The position numbers and the translations under genes are program-made. Below, one piece after another: positions 10,301 to 19,487 of a DNA stretch of 64,000 nt. How positions within the stretch are numbered: position 1 is the stretch's first letter; each line of letters opens with the position of its first letter. This stretch comes from Candidatus Micrarchaeota archaeon. GTDB taxonomy: Archaea > Micrarchaeota > Micrarchaeia > Norongarragalinales > UBA8480. The notes beneath the pieces were generated by a model. It saw only the letters and a list, made by a program, of their open reading frames with translations, ran no database searches and was not told the origin of the DNA. The DNA lies in the NCBI GenBank assembly GCA_043805855.1, contig JAZDHP010000005.1:11480-75479 (forward strand). The letters run 5' to 3'.

Positions 10301-11583
10301 GCAACTTCTGCGTTTGAAGCGGGAAACCCATCTTCGCGTACAACTACAGTAACTGAAACTGAGTTTCCAGGAAGCACTTCTTCAAGGGCAATTGTTTTAA
10401 CTGCGCCTGCTGCGATTCCAGCTAGGAAGCCAGGTAAGTAACCTTCACTATAAGCAGTTGCATATGCGTTTGTACTTTGCGAAACTGTAAATGTTGCTTC
10501 GCCGTTTGCGTTTGTATCTTGAGATTCAATTAAATTGTTAGACGCTGCGTCGAATAATTTTACAACGCCTTCAATTCCAGTTCTCTCGGCGTTTAGCAAA
10601 GTTATTGTAATTGTACTTTGCGGTGTTGAACGGCGAGCTAGTTGAATTGGTAACTCGTTTGCGTTTGCAGTTGGAGTAAATTCCTGCGAGTAAGTTTCAA
10701 ACTGCGGGTGCTTTACTTGAACTGTGAAAGCTTCGCCATATGAAACGTTTTCAAAAACTACACTGCCATCTTGATAAGTGCGTTCTTTTTTCTTTTCAAC
10801 GCTAGTTGCAACGTCGATTAAAGTTACAACTGCATTTTGTACTCCGCTGCCCGCGGAAGAAACGTGAATTGTGAAATCTCCAACGCTAGTTGGATCCCGC
10901 TGCGTAAGCTGTACTGTTATTGTTATTGGCGTTGTGCTTTCAAGTTGTTCTACTGTTACTGGCTGTTGAGTCGCTTGTACTCCAACAGCAGTTACAGAAA
11001 TTGTTCCCTGCGATAGCATTGACTGCTCAACAGTTATTATCGCGTTGCCGCTTGCATCGGTTGTTGCCAACGGTGCGAAGTCACCGTTTGCAAATGTTAA
11101 TTGCACTTGCGCACCTTGAACAGATTGACCTTGCGAGTCAACTACTCTAACATTTACATCTTGAGTTTCTGGTTGCAGCGAGCGTAATGTAATCGAACCT
11201 GAAAGTGAAGAAACATCACGCGATGCTGGCGTAAATCCGTCTGCACTTACACGTATAATTGCATTTACTGGAACGCCTTGTAGGCTAACAGTTCCATCTT
11301 GGCCTGCGCGTGTTTCTGAAATCGATTGGTTGTTTACTAGCACTTGTACAACTGCTCCTGAAACTGACCTGCCGAGAGTGTCTTTAACTGTTAGTGAAAC
11401 ATTTTTCTTTTCTACAAACACCCCTGGCGCGAGGTAAAAAGCCGCAATTGCGAGTATTAATATTAAAACAAGCGGCACAATTAAATGTGGAAACGGCAAT
11501 CCCTTTTCTGCTAGTTTTTCAACTAACTCTAGGTATTTTTCTTTTATATTTTGTAAAAAGTTTGGTTCAGCTTGTTCGGCCAT
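4312..11583 (-). CDS. Giant membrane-anchored surface protein with carboxypeptidase-regulatory-like/Ig-like beta-sandwich repeats
   Basis: About 2420 aa. N-terminal TM helix (LIVPLVLILILAIAAFYL), repeated V.V.D..G..V.GA.V...T...G units, a Q/Y/G-rich segment with four CxxC motifs, and a C-terminal Gly-rich hydrophobic segment. Start placed at ATG 11583. Confidence 0.8.
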   Translation of the reverse strand: MAEQAEPNFLQNIKEKYLELVEKLAEKGLPFPHLIVPLVLILILAIAAFYLAPGVFVEKKNVSLTVKDTLGRSVSGAVVQVLVNNQSISETRAGQDGTVSLQGVPVNAIIRVSADGFTPASRDVSSLSGSITLRSLQPETQDVNVRVVDSQGQSVQGAQVQLTFANGDFAPLATTDASGNAIITVEQSMLSQGTISVTAVGVQATQQPVTVEQLESTTPITITVQLTQRDPTSVGDFTIHVSSAGSGVQNAVVTLIDVATSVEKKKERTYQDGSVVFENVSYGEAFTVQVKHPQFETYSQEFTPTANANELPIQLARRSTPQSTITITLLNAERTGIEGVVKLFDAASNNLIESQDTNANGEATFTVSQSTNAYATAYSEGYLPGFLAGIAAGAVKTIALEEVLPGNSVSVTVVVREDGFPASNAEVALYRFGGYFLGIPALTAGGEGIANATIPLAVEGAAYKVYAKASKQSASGQSDVVDVTSAPLSLTVDLVAMPANVSITLKDLATDQLIPNGAIEALVEGIPVSSCTVLNGTCVLPVAANKEFTIRATAPGYLTYVTSTKTFSPAEQAKETVTLFPVSLAQSATVNFLGLFDSRGVKAKEVANAETYSAKFAVNMPQNVDENAGFYVQVGDEQTTAESSAVITSFNSNGAPYVQSDSELKSVESTENNGELDNSTTSTSATSTSSCYNGKTNAGEEMKWVYFSFPRGFTGTREFVVNVKVSKTAEAGAEIKINYKAFAFKDGLPLIYPSDTELLDSLRQQIDEGLRLTPEDTCQMRVVTQSIPVTQQTLTCTEDDVCWKAILFDSASQGNPSTYQPQIAKDFTFELELLSPVSIDSLGLTTEHFNVKNSRQTLSGLEKVSFADDGTATTTASAITTSGRTFNLPFTSLPNKKAKMSMTLTPLQVSQDAPLTFTLRSGSKTFQIPVQLTVSGTNAFTATIAPSTVPALQDSKITIVVRDKNNNYVETAAVGLYECANSPFSGNEPEQLLGDGSQNNGLTGRYRVDVNPTGLGEIGARVEAEGFKTLETCSVTVQGKNFLAIDPESMEFTGSSLEPQAQQVTLSNALNEPIRVATSINCGGDPVPLKVFPTSITIEPNSDSTLSLKILNNVTSNTNCLATFTARAGTYRVAEELPLMVDVECPGCINSAATGSDSSPLPGAITLITMPPFLQDSYSIPLRLSADPTCRLSGLRMNYAGQYQQGYSQGYGQGYGQTYQGGVLGGMPTPVLWWCTACTMPMNGQSQCNQCQQVTPSQWGCGACVPNPVTAPTSSQLPVHLSATCSACQTGQGAYQAQAFMSPLSYNGYQTPYNQAFQPYNQQQQVSYDRSTGGILRQDYGYGANQYNRPGAYPVGLPGSQYGPNYNNYNGNGYNQYQMGNGFSQNSVKDAVQIDECTKDAITVTADYSFVGQPYPATGNLEVTLPDGARKTIRVNVIAAPQGPMMGGPTGIPFGAQTWDAACGETETRKVSVTPAWKFASPVTVQLTCPIVFDKYKIISVQTKDNSELSQASCNAELKDNELITNCDFKDDAGAIKALENDGKVFVKLLVSSAQNVNAKVEVKIMATYEQTKVAKEAPEAQVQLNPAEPAEPPAHVEAPIVSASNKQPKIQVLAGTKDVCNGNAMSGEELTIKSSFPSGGNERKVIVTKQQTGGSFTDEQTFTGAKEADTQKYTVKGDTGQRFGFKASAIYPTGQKVSDDCIVTLTDRQLLIDKITPGYFKPATPATFNIFRLTFPEHLNRLTKVSTKVELDKTRLATLGKKDVYIAVQYSCKDKTTQKVTELNQKKYTLKAPNYKVADKTLAETAVDSLEFSRCDVGVNAVNEYTIKVELQTAAPVGGGVSTLETRYYQCVQKNGDPADCFRPTIVTTQAGQKAEGQATPLSFVNYPETPFSLPTELNKATFDACGRIGAPLTSAIELQKTNVDGTISYLKDGDAIAPGDSFILRLCTDPKYDGETAKFRVEYQNEIDQIGLIDLGSKQIYNGVSSVSFDASSFLAADVISNNHIKVKKPVAFRAEIESRPSSTRYMCKYWPNLNEDCHTSEAKASFRLDNTAYYDKNCVKISAPNPNWLRCQLEIGDSVQLATGQYFRLGGIDLSKPEIKFVTAYDPAFSDKMDCNLHYDNPIGLGDVLGRSGEGVGVGNSRICGESIDNVETPLLLAKFIQLKKKPKAFTGVGSVDVDVAEVELYSVFGPLDKWLNEDYHYNFDVYSDEDKLIRQVKFRKPIKKLADFAISDSDNTEGIYNFSVNDVTKLKISGTTAILRFVGTGNNNGQYLFEVRDNEKAIGRNCGGGNSIGLTGFALGLLCFAPGTNIAGCPIILGLAGAIGGISVENLWKAANPGPFFLPAKLDDTISCSASGLSPGISVRVLKTAEREYNLRSGNKVTLPQVCAVISNDGVSDELEGKDFKPDVNCNNAKNGDND

Positions 11584-11688
11584 TACACGCACCCACTTGC
11601 AGCTCTTAAAGCATTTAGTTTAAATTGTCTTTTTCTTAATTTAAAAAGCATCGTATAACCCACCCTTCCCATTACCGGCAATGGCTTA

Positions 11689-13119
11689 TTATTTAAACTT
11701 GAAAGTCATTGTGCTTTGCAAGGCGTTTGATTCATCTTCGTTTACTTTAAAACTAGGATCGCCGTCGACAATTTTTACATTTAATTGCAAACTAGCACCT
11801 AAATAAGGACTATAACCTTGGCCATCTAGATTGAGAAACGCGTCGCTTTGGTCGTAAATTACTTTTTTAATCGCGTCTTCACCAGTGCAAGTTACTGCAG
11901 TTCCAACGTGCGTACATCGCCCAACTGGAATATTAGCTTGCATAAATTCAACGAAAATTAAATCAGGCATTTTGCCAACCGCAGGTTTAACAACCTGTTC
12001 GAAAAACCTTTCCACAAGTTTTTCCCGCGCGCCTTCGCGAGTTGCGTCGGTTATTGATCCGCTTGACTGTGTGAATCCAATGTCATTTGGTAACGCGTTG
12101 GACGCACAAACTGCGCCATGGCACACGCCATCGAGTATTCCTTCTCGATCCATATCATTTACTCCAATTTGCGGACCGTATGCTAAAAGTGAATAGAACT
12201 TAAACGCTGCATCTTCGTATTTCATTAACGGAAAAGCAATTGGAAGGTAAAAATCTGCAGAGTCAGACAACGCGCCGGTGCGTAGATAATTTCCCGCGTC
12301 GTCTTTCACTTGCAAGCGCGGTAAACTTGCATAAACTTGGGGATTATTTGGCGTAACTTTGACAAAGAAAATTCCAGAATCACAACCCGGGATAATATTA
12401 TCACCTTCGCATATATCGCCCGGATTTAATGTATCACGCTTGCAGCACTGTAAATTCCCGCGGCTAAATGCAGCGCAGTCAATTGTAACTCCTTGCATTA
12501 AATTTTTACAATTTGTAATATAAGTCTGGTAGTCAAAATCAGCACCGTTTCGCGGGTCAAAAAACTCTTGGAATTTAACAGCATTGCTTGGTGAGAGCGT
12601 CATACCTTCAAATTCAAATTTTTGGTTTATATTGCTCAAGAAATTTTGCAAGCCATACTTGTGGTTATTCATACAAGATGGTTCAGTTGCACGGCAGTCT
12701 GCTCGATTTCCACAATTACGATCACATTCAGTATCGCCAAGCGAATCTCCAGTGCTTGAACAAACTACGCTGTACAAACTATCTCTAATTCTAGTGCAAC
12801 GCGTAAAACGCTCGGTTTTCAACGCCTCTTCCTTTTCACTTAGCAAATAACTAGGGCTGTTTGTAACTTCAATTCCGAAAATATCCCAACCTACACTTGT
12901 TAACGCTTGTTCAGTAACTGTTTTCAAATCTTCTCTAAATAAAGAACCAGCATCGCTGCGGTAAAGTTCAATAATTGCAGAAATTCTATTCTGGTAAGCA
13001 GACTGCGCTATTTGCGAAACGGCGTTACTCTCCGCTTTGCTAATGCTAACAACAAACACAATCGCAGTTACAAAAATAATCGTGCCAATGAGTGGCGCAG
13101 CGATGAAAGCTTTCTTCAT
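11689..13119 (-). CDS. Cys-rich secreted or pilin-like protein with class III-type signal peptide
   Basis: Likely start MKKA/FIAAPLIGTIIFVTAIVFVV (basic residues, then Ala, then a hydrophobic stretch). Many Cys. Confidence 0.65.
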   Translation of the reverse strand: MKKAFIAAPLIGTIIFVTAIVFVVSISKAESNAVSQIAQSAYQNRISAIIELYRSDAGSLFREDLKTVTEQALTSVGWDIFGIEVTNSPSYLLSEKEEALKTERFTRCTRIRDSLYSVVCSSTGDSLGDTECDRNCGNRADCRATEPSCMNNHKYGLQNFLSNINQKFEFEGMTLSPSNAVKFQEFFDPRNGADFDYQTYITNCKNLMQGVTIDCAAFSRGNLQCCKRDTLNPGDICEGDNIIPGCDSGIFFVKVTPNNPQVYASLPRLQVKDDAGNYLRTGALSDSADFYLPIAFPLMKYEDAAFKFYSLLAYGPQIGVNDMDREGILDGVCHGAVCASNALPNDIGFTQSSGSITDATREGAREKLVERFFEQVVKPAVGKMPDLIFVEFMQANIPVGRCTHVGTAVTCTGEDAIKKVIYDQSDAFLNLDGQGYSPYLGASLQLNVKIVDGDPSFKVNEDESNALQSTMTFKFK

Positions 13120-13169
13120 GGAAAAAACAACACAAGCGTAATATAAAAAGTAACTTCGTAAAACAATTA

Positions 13170-13880
13170 ATGGCAAAAGTTGTTTTGGTTTGGAACGAGC
13201 ACCCGACTGAAGTTGTTGCGGGTTTCCATGCGAGGAAAGTTGCCGAAATTCTGAAAAATAAATACGGACACGACGTTGTAATTGAAAAAATTCCAGTTGC
13301 CGAGACTAACTATGGCATAATTAGAAATGGAAAGGGAAACAAAGCAAATCAATTGCTTGCGCTTAGAGATTCTATAGATTTTTTTCCAAAAGATCCAAGT
13401 GGCACAAAGTTTATGTTTAATTTCCACGCTGCACCCGCAGAAAGAATAGGAAAAAGCACACAAATGCCAGCTAGACTTTTCAAGGTGAGTCATAAAAGAT
13501 GGCAAGATAATCTTGAAAGATTTGCAACTGAAATTACAATAATTAAAGGAAAAGGCCGCCAATATGCAATTGAAATGCCTGGATATTTCACTCGCATCCC
13601 GGGAAACGCTTATAGAAAAATGCTAGAACAAAAACGAGAATTTGAAACTAAAGAAAGATCAAAAATTGATAGAAAAATCAGCGCTGGAACATACACCGCT
13701 AGAGACATACTTAAGCTAATGGAATTTGCAACTGCAACGCAAAACACTTACACTATACAAAGAACCGCACTTCATACTAAAAGACAAAAGAAATTTTTGT
13801 CAAGCGACGTTTCCAAAAAAATCGCAGCAGCGATTCACGAGAGAATCAACGCCAGTAATACCAAACCGCGTAGAACGTAA
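13170..13880 (+). CDS. NEHPTE family paralogue 1 (putative Zn-dependent M14-like hydrolase)
   Basis: VVLVWNEHPTE, FNFH, IEMPG and KIAAAIHER motifs shared with three other ORFs in the window. Confidence 0.7.
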   Translation: MAKVVLVWNEHPTEVVAGFHARKVAEILKNKYGHDVVIEKIPVAETNYGIIRNGKGNKANQLLALRDSIDFFPKDPSGTKFMFNFHAAPAERIGKSTQMPARLFKVSHKRWQDNLERFATEITIIKGKGRQYAIEMPGYFTRIPGNAYRKMLEQKREFETKERSKIDRKISAGTYTARDILKLMEFATATQNTYTIQRTALHTKRQKKFLSSDVSKKIAAAIHERINASNTKPRRT

Positions 13881-14340
13881 CCAGTCCAATTATGAGCGTT
13901 AACCGAAAGAGCACGTCGTGCAGTGGGACAAAAGCAGCTGTACCAAAACTATTAATTGTAAACGCGATGCGAGCAGCGTTGAACAGCAAAAAGAAAACCA
14001 CGCCAACAACAATTCCTTTTATTCTATAGTTGACGCTCCTATCTGCGCTGGCAGAAATAAAGCCAATTAACAACGCTAGCTCTAAAGCGCCGGAGCACAA
14101 GTCGCTAATTTCAATATCTCCACCTGGAATGAGCAAATGAGGAAATAACGGAGAGCCGGTGAAAACTAGCGAAGCGGATTTTCCAAGGAGCGTGAGGAAG
14201 AATTGTGCACCGCGTGCGGCAATTTCGTGGAGGAAAGTTGTGAACGTGAACAAAAAGTAAAGCGGAACTGCTATTGCAGCGGTTGTCACGATGAATTTAA
14301 CTGCTTTTTGCAAATCATTAATTGCCATAGCTCTAATCAT
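13846..14340 (-). CDS. Archaeosortase/exosortase family protein
   Basis: Multi-TM protein with EISDLCSG (catalytic Cys), FNAARI (Arg) and LHDVLFR (His/Arg), ending in WYYWR. Confidence 0.85.
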   Translation of the reverse strand: MIRAMAINDLQKAVKFIVTTAAIAVPLYFLFTFTTFLHEIAARGAQFFLTLLGKSASLVFTGSPLFPHLLIPGGDIEISDLCSGALELALLIGFISASADRSVNYRIKGIVVGVVFFLLFNAARIAFTINSFGTAAFVPLHDVLFRLTLIIGLVTFYAVWYYWR

Positions 14341-14519
14341 TTTTTACATTACTCTTTTTAATTAAATAACCACACACTTTCAGCTGGACACATCGTAATG
14401 GAAAAAAGTACATAAAAGTTTCCATTATAATATTACAAATTGAATAAAATTAATTTATAGCGGTGTTTTTTAATTAAACAACTTCTTTTATCTATTCAAC
14501 TTAAGGAGTTTTAGCTACA

Positions 14520-17399
14520 ATGGTTGACTTTACAAGTATAGAAAACAAATGGCAAAGCAAGTGGTACACTGAAAAGATATTTGAACCAAAAACTGAAAAA
14601 AATAAAGAGAAATTCCTTTTTACCGTGCCATACCCGTATGTTTCTGGCGCGTTGCACGTTGGCCACGGGCGAACCTACGTCAACGGAGATATCGCTGCGC
14701 GGTTCAAGCGCATGCTTGGTTACAACGTTATGTGGCCAATTGCGTTTCACATAACCGGTACTCCAGTGCTCGCGGTTAGCTCAAAAATTGCAGCTGGCGA
14801 CGAAGCTACGATTAAACTTTACAACGAATACGTTTCCATCTACGAAGAGGACAAGAGCAAAGTTCCCGCGATTGTAAAAAGTTTCACTGAACCATGGAAA
14901 TTGGTGAATTACTTTTCTAGCAAAATGATTCAGGATTTCAAGTCAATTGGTTTTTCACTAGATTTGTCGCGTCAATTTACAACTGGCGACAAGGAGTACA
15001 ACGCGTTTGTCACGTGGCAGTTTCACAAGTACAAAGACGCTGGCTATTTGAAACAAGCTAGCTACCCAATTCTATATTGCGTTAATTGCAAAAACGCAGT
15101 TGGGGAGGACGACATTCAAGACGCTGACACTGAACCAGTTGAAGTGCAGAAGTTCACCGCACCGAAATTTAAATTAAAAGGAGAAAAGGCGTTTCTCGTT
15201 ACCGCCACTTTAAGGCCAGACACAATTTATGGCGTTACTAATCTTTTTGTTAAACCCGGCGTTACTTACGTTCGCGGCAAAGTGGAAATAAACGGAAACC
15301 CCGAAGAGTGGATATTATCACCGCAAGCTGCAGAAAAATTAGCGTTTCAGCAAATTAAATTTACAAAAATTGCAGAGATAAATGGAGATTCTTTAATTGG
15401 TAAAGAAGTTGAAACACCAACTGGTTCTATTGTACCAATTGTACCTGGAGAATTTATAGAAGAAGAAACGGGAACTGGAATCGTTCACTCTGAACCTTCA
15501 GATGCTCCGTTTGACTTAGTTGCAATTGAAGAGTTGAAACGCGATGAAAAAACACTTGCGCAATACCCCGGCTTGAAGGAAAAAGTAAACGCGATAAAAT
15601 TCAAACAAGTAATTTCATGTTCAGGGTATTCAGAATGCCCCGCGTTGGATTTAGTGAAAAAGTACAACGTAAAAACTACAAAACAAGCAGATGTGCTTAA
15701 CAAAATTACTAAACAACTTTACAAAGATGAGTTTTACGGCGGCAAAGTTGTAAACAGCGGCGAGTTCAATGGATTGCCAGTTGAACAAGCAAAGGAAAAG
15801 ATGGCAGCTTGGCTTGAAAAAACCGAAAAAGCTCATCACATTTACGAAACTTCTCGGTTAGCAAAGTGCCGCTGCGGTGGAAAAGTTGTAACCGCTGTTA
15901 TGAACGACCAGTGGTTTCTTGATTTCAATGCAAAGGGCTGGAAGGAAAAATCCCACGCTTGCCTAGCGCAGATGAAAATCTACCCGGAAAATTACCGAAA
16001 ACAATTTGAAGATACATTCGCGTGGCTTGACAAACGTCCATGCGCGCGGCGACGCGGGCTAGGAACGCAATTACCGTTTGCAAACGAGTGGATAATTGAA
16101 TCTCTCTCTGACTCGACAATTTACCCAGCGCTTTACACTGTTATAAAAGAAATTCGAGTGAAAAAATTAAAACCAGAACAACTTACGGTTGAATTTTTCG
16201 ACTACGTTTTCCTCGGAAAAGGAAAACCTGAAGACGTCGCGAAGAAAATAAAGTGCAAAGCGAAAGATCTTGAAGATATACGCGCGGAGTTCGTTTACTG
16301 GTACCCGTGCGACCAGCGGCACACGGCAATTGCACACATTACAAACCATTTATCGTTTTACGTTTTTGCCCACGCTGCGATTTTTGACAAAAAATTCTGG
16401 CCAAAAGCAATCACAGTAAACGAACTTCTCATCAGCGAAGGTACAAAGATGAGCAAGAGTAAAGGCAACGTCATAACGCTCGACGCTATTCGTAAAAATT
16501 ACTCTGCTGACCTTTACCGCTTGTACTCAGTTGCAACTGCTGATTTTGCAAGCGTGCTTGACTTTCGCAAGGCGGATATTGAAAACTCGCGGAAAAGCTT
16601 AACGAGGCTTTACGGCGTGCTGGAAAACTTAATTGAACTTTCAAAGAAGAAAACAAGCGCAAAAAGTGGAAAGAAAAAAGAATCAAATTTAACTGCGTGG
16701 ATTTTAAGCAAATTCGAAAGCCGACTTGAGAAAAGCACAGCTGCAATTGAAGGGCTTGAATTGCGTTTATATGCACAATCCGCAATTTATGGCATTTTAA
16801 ACGACTGGGAATATTTCGCGAAGCGCGCAAGCGAAGAAGAAAAAATAACCACAGCAAAGCACATTGTCAAAAAATGGATTTTACTGCTAACGCCTTTGAT
16901 TCCCCACTCGTGCGAGGAGTTGAACGAACAGCTTGGCGAAAAAACCTACGCTTCCCTATCACAATGGCCTAACGTTGAAAAGAAATTGATAAACCCTAAC
17001 GTTGAACAGCGCGAGGAGTACGTAAAAAACATTTTTGAAGACGTTACAAAAATTAAAGATGTAATCCAGCGCAAGAACAACAAACTGAAATTAACAAAGT
17101 GTACGTTAATCGTTGCAAGCGACGCGAAATGGGCTGAACTCTTCGCCGCGTTGAAGAAAGATTCGCTTGAAAAGGTGAAAACAACAAGCGAAGCAATGCA
17201 GAAACACATGGAAAAGCACTTTTACTCACTGCAAGAACAGCACGTTAAGCAAATTGACGAAATGGAAGTTATTAACCAAGCTAAAACATTTCTAGAAAAG
17301 GAACTCACACTGACAATTGATGTTGAAAGCGAAGAGAAAAGCTCGCATGAAAAAGCAATTCGCGCAGTGCCGTTGAAACCAAGCATTGTGCTGGAATAA
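14520..17399 (+). CDS. leuS: Leucine--tRNA ligase, archaeal type
   Basis: PYPYVSGALHVGH (HIGH), ATLRPDT editing domain, KMSKS, C-terminal AVPLKPSI. Confidence 0.97.
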   Translation: MVDFTSIENKWQSKWYTEKIFEPKTEKNKEKFLFTVPYPYVSGALHVGHGRTYVNGDIAARFKRMLGYNVMWPIAFHITGTPVLAVSSKIAAGDEATIKLYNEYVSIYEEDKSKVPAIVKSFTEPWKLVNYFSSKMIQDFKSIGFSLDLSRQFTTGDKEYNAFVTWQFHKYKDAGYLKQASYPILYCVNCKNAVGEDDIQDADTEPVEVQKFTAPKFKLKGEKAFLVTATLRPDTIYGVTNLFVKPGVTYVRGKVEINGNPEEWILSPQAAEKLAFQQIKFTKIAEINGDSLIGKEVETPTGSIVPIVPGEFIEEETGTGIVHSEPSDAPFDLVAIEELKRDEKTLAQYPGLKEKVNAIKFKQVISCSGYSECPALDLVKKYNVKTTKQADVLNKITKQLYKDEFYGGKVVNSGEFNGLPVEQAKEKMAAWLEKTEKAHHIYETSRLAKCRCGGKVVTAVMNDQWFLDFNAKGWKEKSHACLAQMKIYPENYRKQFEDTFAWLDKRPCARRRGLGTQLPFANEWIIESLSDSTIYPALYTVIKEIRVKKLKPEQLTVEFFDYVFLGKGKPEDVAKKIKCKAKDLEDIRAEFVYWYPCDQRHTAIAHITNHLSFYVFAHAAIFDKKFWPKAITVNELLISEGTKMSKSKGNVITLDAIRKNYSADLYRLYSVATADFASVLDFRKADIENSRKSLTRLYGVLENLIELSKKKTSAKSGKKKESNLTAWILSKFESRLEKSTAAIEGLELRLYAQSAIYGILNDWEYFAKRASEEEKITTAKHIVKKWILLLTPLIPHSCEELNEQLGEKTYASLSQWPNVEKKLINPNVEQREEYVKNIFEDVTKIKDVIQRKNNKLKLTKCTLIVASDAKWAELFAALKKDSLEKVKTTSEAMQKHMEKHFYSLQEQHVKQIDEMEVINQAKTFLEKELTLTIDVESEEKSSHEKAIRAVPLKPSIVLE

Positions 17400-17521
17400 T
17401 AGCGAAAGACAAAAAAAACTTTAACGAAAGCCATTCGCTACAACCGCCGATCTACGAAAGTATGGTTTTCATAAAATCGATTTTATGAAAGCGACAATTT
17501 CACAAAATCTCAACTAAAAGC

Positions 17522-17567
17522 TTTTTAAATGTATTTTACCATTAATATAATGGTGATTTAATGGTAA
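17522..17567 (+). promoter_or_regulatory. TATA box plus inverted-repeat operator of the toxin-antitoxin operon
   Basis: TTTTTAAA at 17522, then TTACCATTA (17536) with inverted half-sites TAATGGTGA (17548) and TAATGGTAA (17559) overlapping the start codon. Confidence 0.55.
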
Positions 17568-17797
17568 TGTTAAGTGTTGAGGTGTACGGCGTCACTGAAC
17601 AGGTTCTAAACGACTTGGTACTTGCAGGTTACGCTAAAACCAAAACAGAAGCAGTGAGACAGGCAATTATTCATCTAGGCCAGGAACTTAACTTATTACG
17701 CAGCAAAAAACGAACCGAAGATGAGGAATGGCAAGAATTTGCTGCAAGAGAAGCCTTAGGGGACTGGGACGATGCAAGAAAATTATTCAAGTTTTAA
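17561..17797 (+). CDS. Putative antitoxin (ribbon-helix-helix type)
   Basis: 78 aa with an LV.AGY..TK.EAVR.AI RHH-like pattern and acidic C-terminus. Overlaps the toxin gene. Confidence 0.7.
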   Translation: MVMLSVEVYGVTEQVLNDLVLAGYAKTKTEAVRQAIIHLGQELNLLRSKKRTEDEEWQEFAAREALGDWDDARKLFKF

Positions 17798-18128
17798 ACA
17801 AGGCGATATTGTTATCATGAAAATGCAATTCTCTACTTTTGAAGAGGCAAAGATAAGGCCCGCTCTCGTCATCAGCTCAAATACATATAACCAACACGGC
17901 GAAGACATAATACTATTGAAAATAACCTCGCATGGAAAAGATAGACCATATAGCGTGCCAATCGCACAAAACGATTTGGTCTCAGGTACACTTAACTTAG
18001 ATAGCTTTGTAAAAGCCGATTTTCCAATTACTGTAAAAAAGGATAAATTATTCAAAACAATTGGCAAAGTAAGCCCAAAAATCGTGCAACAAACAAAAGA
18101 AAAGCTAAAACAAATATTAGAACTGTGA
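17772..18128 (+). CDS. mazF: PemK/MazF family toxin (endoribonuclease)
   Basis: QGDIV...K.RPALVIS...N...ITS...S.V..D...IGKV pattern. Confidence 0.9.
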   Translation: MQENYSSFKQGDIVIMKMQFSTFEEAKIRPALVISSNTYNQHGEDIILLKITSHGKDRPYSVPIAQNDLVSGTLNLDSFVKADFPITVKKDKLFKTIGKVSPKIVQQTKEKLKQILEL

Positions 18129-18137
18129 ACAAAAAAC

Positions 18138-18845
18138 ATGGCAAAGGTTGTTTTGGTGTGGAATGAACATCCAACTGAAGTTATTGCAGGACACCACTGC
18201 CGGCAAGTTGCAAAACTCTTACGTGAAATGGGACACGAAGTTATTGTAAAGAAGATAGCCGCTCGCGACACAATATACGGAACAGTACAACACGATAATT
18301 ACGCAGCTGCTGGGAAAAAATTACTAAACACAAAGCCAACCGCAGAGATTACTGAAGAGTTTGCAAAAAATTTTAATGCAATTACTTTTAATTTTCACGG
18401 CTATGCTGCAACTGCTTTACGGCGGTATCGAGCTAAAAAACCAGAAAGATTAAAGATAAAAGAAAAGTTAGGCAAAAGCTCCTTGATAATACGTGGCGAT
18501 ATATGCTTTTATAGAATTTCACCGCATGCGTTTGCAATTGAAATTCCAGGCATTATGGAAAAATTGCCAAGAGAAAAAAGAGCGGTTCAAAAAGAACGAT
18601 TAAACCAAGCGCTATACGGGGCAATCAAAGCAAAGGAAAGGGCAAACGTAGGCAAATCATTATTAAAACGAATCGGGGATCATTCAATGCAAATGGATCA
18701 AATACTAAACACGACTGACGCTAAGTATCACCTAAACCGCATGCCAATGAATTTGCCAGCACAGCAGAATTTTAAATCTCCAGTTATTTCTGAAAAAATC
18801 GCAGCTGCTATACACGAGCGGCTTACTTCGCAACGCGTAAAGTGA
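18138..18845 (+). CDS. NEHPTE family paralogue 2
   Basis: VVLVWNEHPTE, FNFHG, IEIPG, SEKIAAAIHER. Confidence 0.7.
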   Translation: MAKVVLVWNEHPTEVIAGHHCRQVAKLLREMGHEVIVKKIAARDTIYGTVQHDNYAAAGKKLLNTKPTAEITEEFAKNFNAITFNFHGYAATALRRYRAKKPERLKIKEKLGKSSLIIRGDICFYRISPHAFAIEIPGIMEKLPREKRAVQKERLNQALYGAIKAKERANVGKSLLKRIGDHSMQMDQILNTTDAKYHLNRMPMNLPAQQNFKSPVISEKIAAAIHERLTSQRVK

Positions 18846-18898
18846 AAACGCAGTCATTAATAGACAAGTTAGCGTAAAAATAATTGGTAACTTTTCAA

Positions 18899-19291
18899 AT
18901 GGCTGAAACAAAACGTAGACTCGCTAAACCCAAATTACCAAGAACATTGGCGCTAGACGAACCAAGCGAATTCGAAAAAGTATTAGACGCAGCTAGGTAT
19001 TTTGAAAGACACCGTGTGTTTAGCCACAGCTTACTAACTACACATCCACAATTAGCAGTTGCAATACACGAAGCAGCTATGCGTAAAAGAATCAAAACCG
19101 CGCATCTACTCGAACTTGGAAAACACTTTTTTGATTTATCCCAACACGAAGAACAAATTCACGAAATTCTCGCAACAGCAGAAAACAAAATAGTACAAGG
19201 GAAAAAAACACCTGCAGTGTTTAAGGAGATGCGCGAAGCAATTAGCCAACTTCACAAAAAGCACAGCCATCCAGCTAGAACCTGGTGCTAA
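18899..19291 (+). CDS. Hypothetical protein; stand-alone copy of the RHGWLP-family N-terminal domain
   Basis: LAVAIHE...KTAHLLELGKHF aligns by eye with FKTAIHR...TAQTLREIGNHF of 39419..40603. Confidence 0.55.
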   Translation: MAETKRRLAKPKLPRTLALDEPSEFEKVLDAARYFERHRVFSHSLLTTHPQLAVAIHEAAMRKRIKTAHLLELGKHFFDLSQHEEQIHEILATAENKIVQGKKTPAVFKEMREAISQLHKKHSHPARTWC

Positions 19292-19487
19292 CAAAGAAGA
19301 AAAATTAAAAAAACTACGCTTGCTTTGAAGTGAAAAGCAAAAAACAGTACAAAAATAGCTATTATAGCAATTCTGAACAGCATTGTAAATAATTGACAGA
19401 ATTGCTAGTTGCAATACGCGTTACATAAGCTAAAAAAACTCAGCGTATTGCTTTAATATATTGCCGCTGTTGTTTTTCTAGATTTTT

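Noticed and set aside
4337..11609. Numerous + strand ORFs opposite the giant gene, and similar antisense ORFs opposite other long genes
   Set aside because: Shadow ORFs of the real coding strand.
11668..11697. ATTACCGGCAATG, matching 13 nt around the group I intron copy of the endonuclease motif, near the giant gene promoter
   Set aside because: It lacks the ASSTGT half, points away from any sense gene and forms its own palindrome (CCATTACCGGCAATGG). Not counted as a sixth site, though worth including in a PWM scan.
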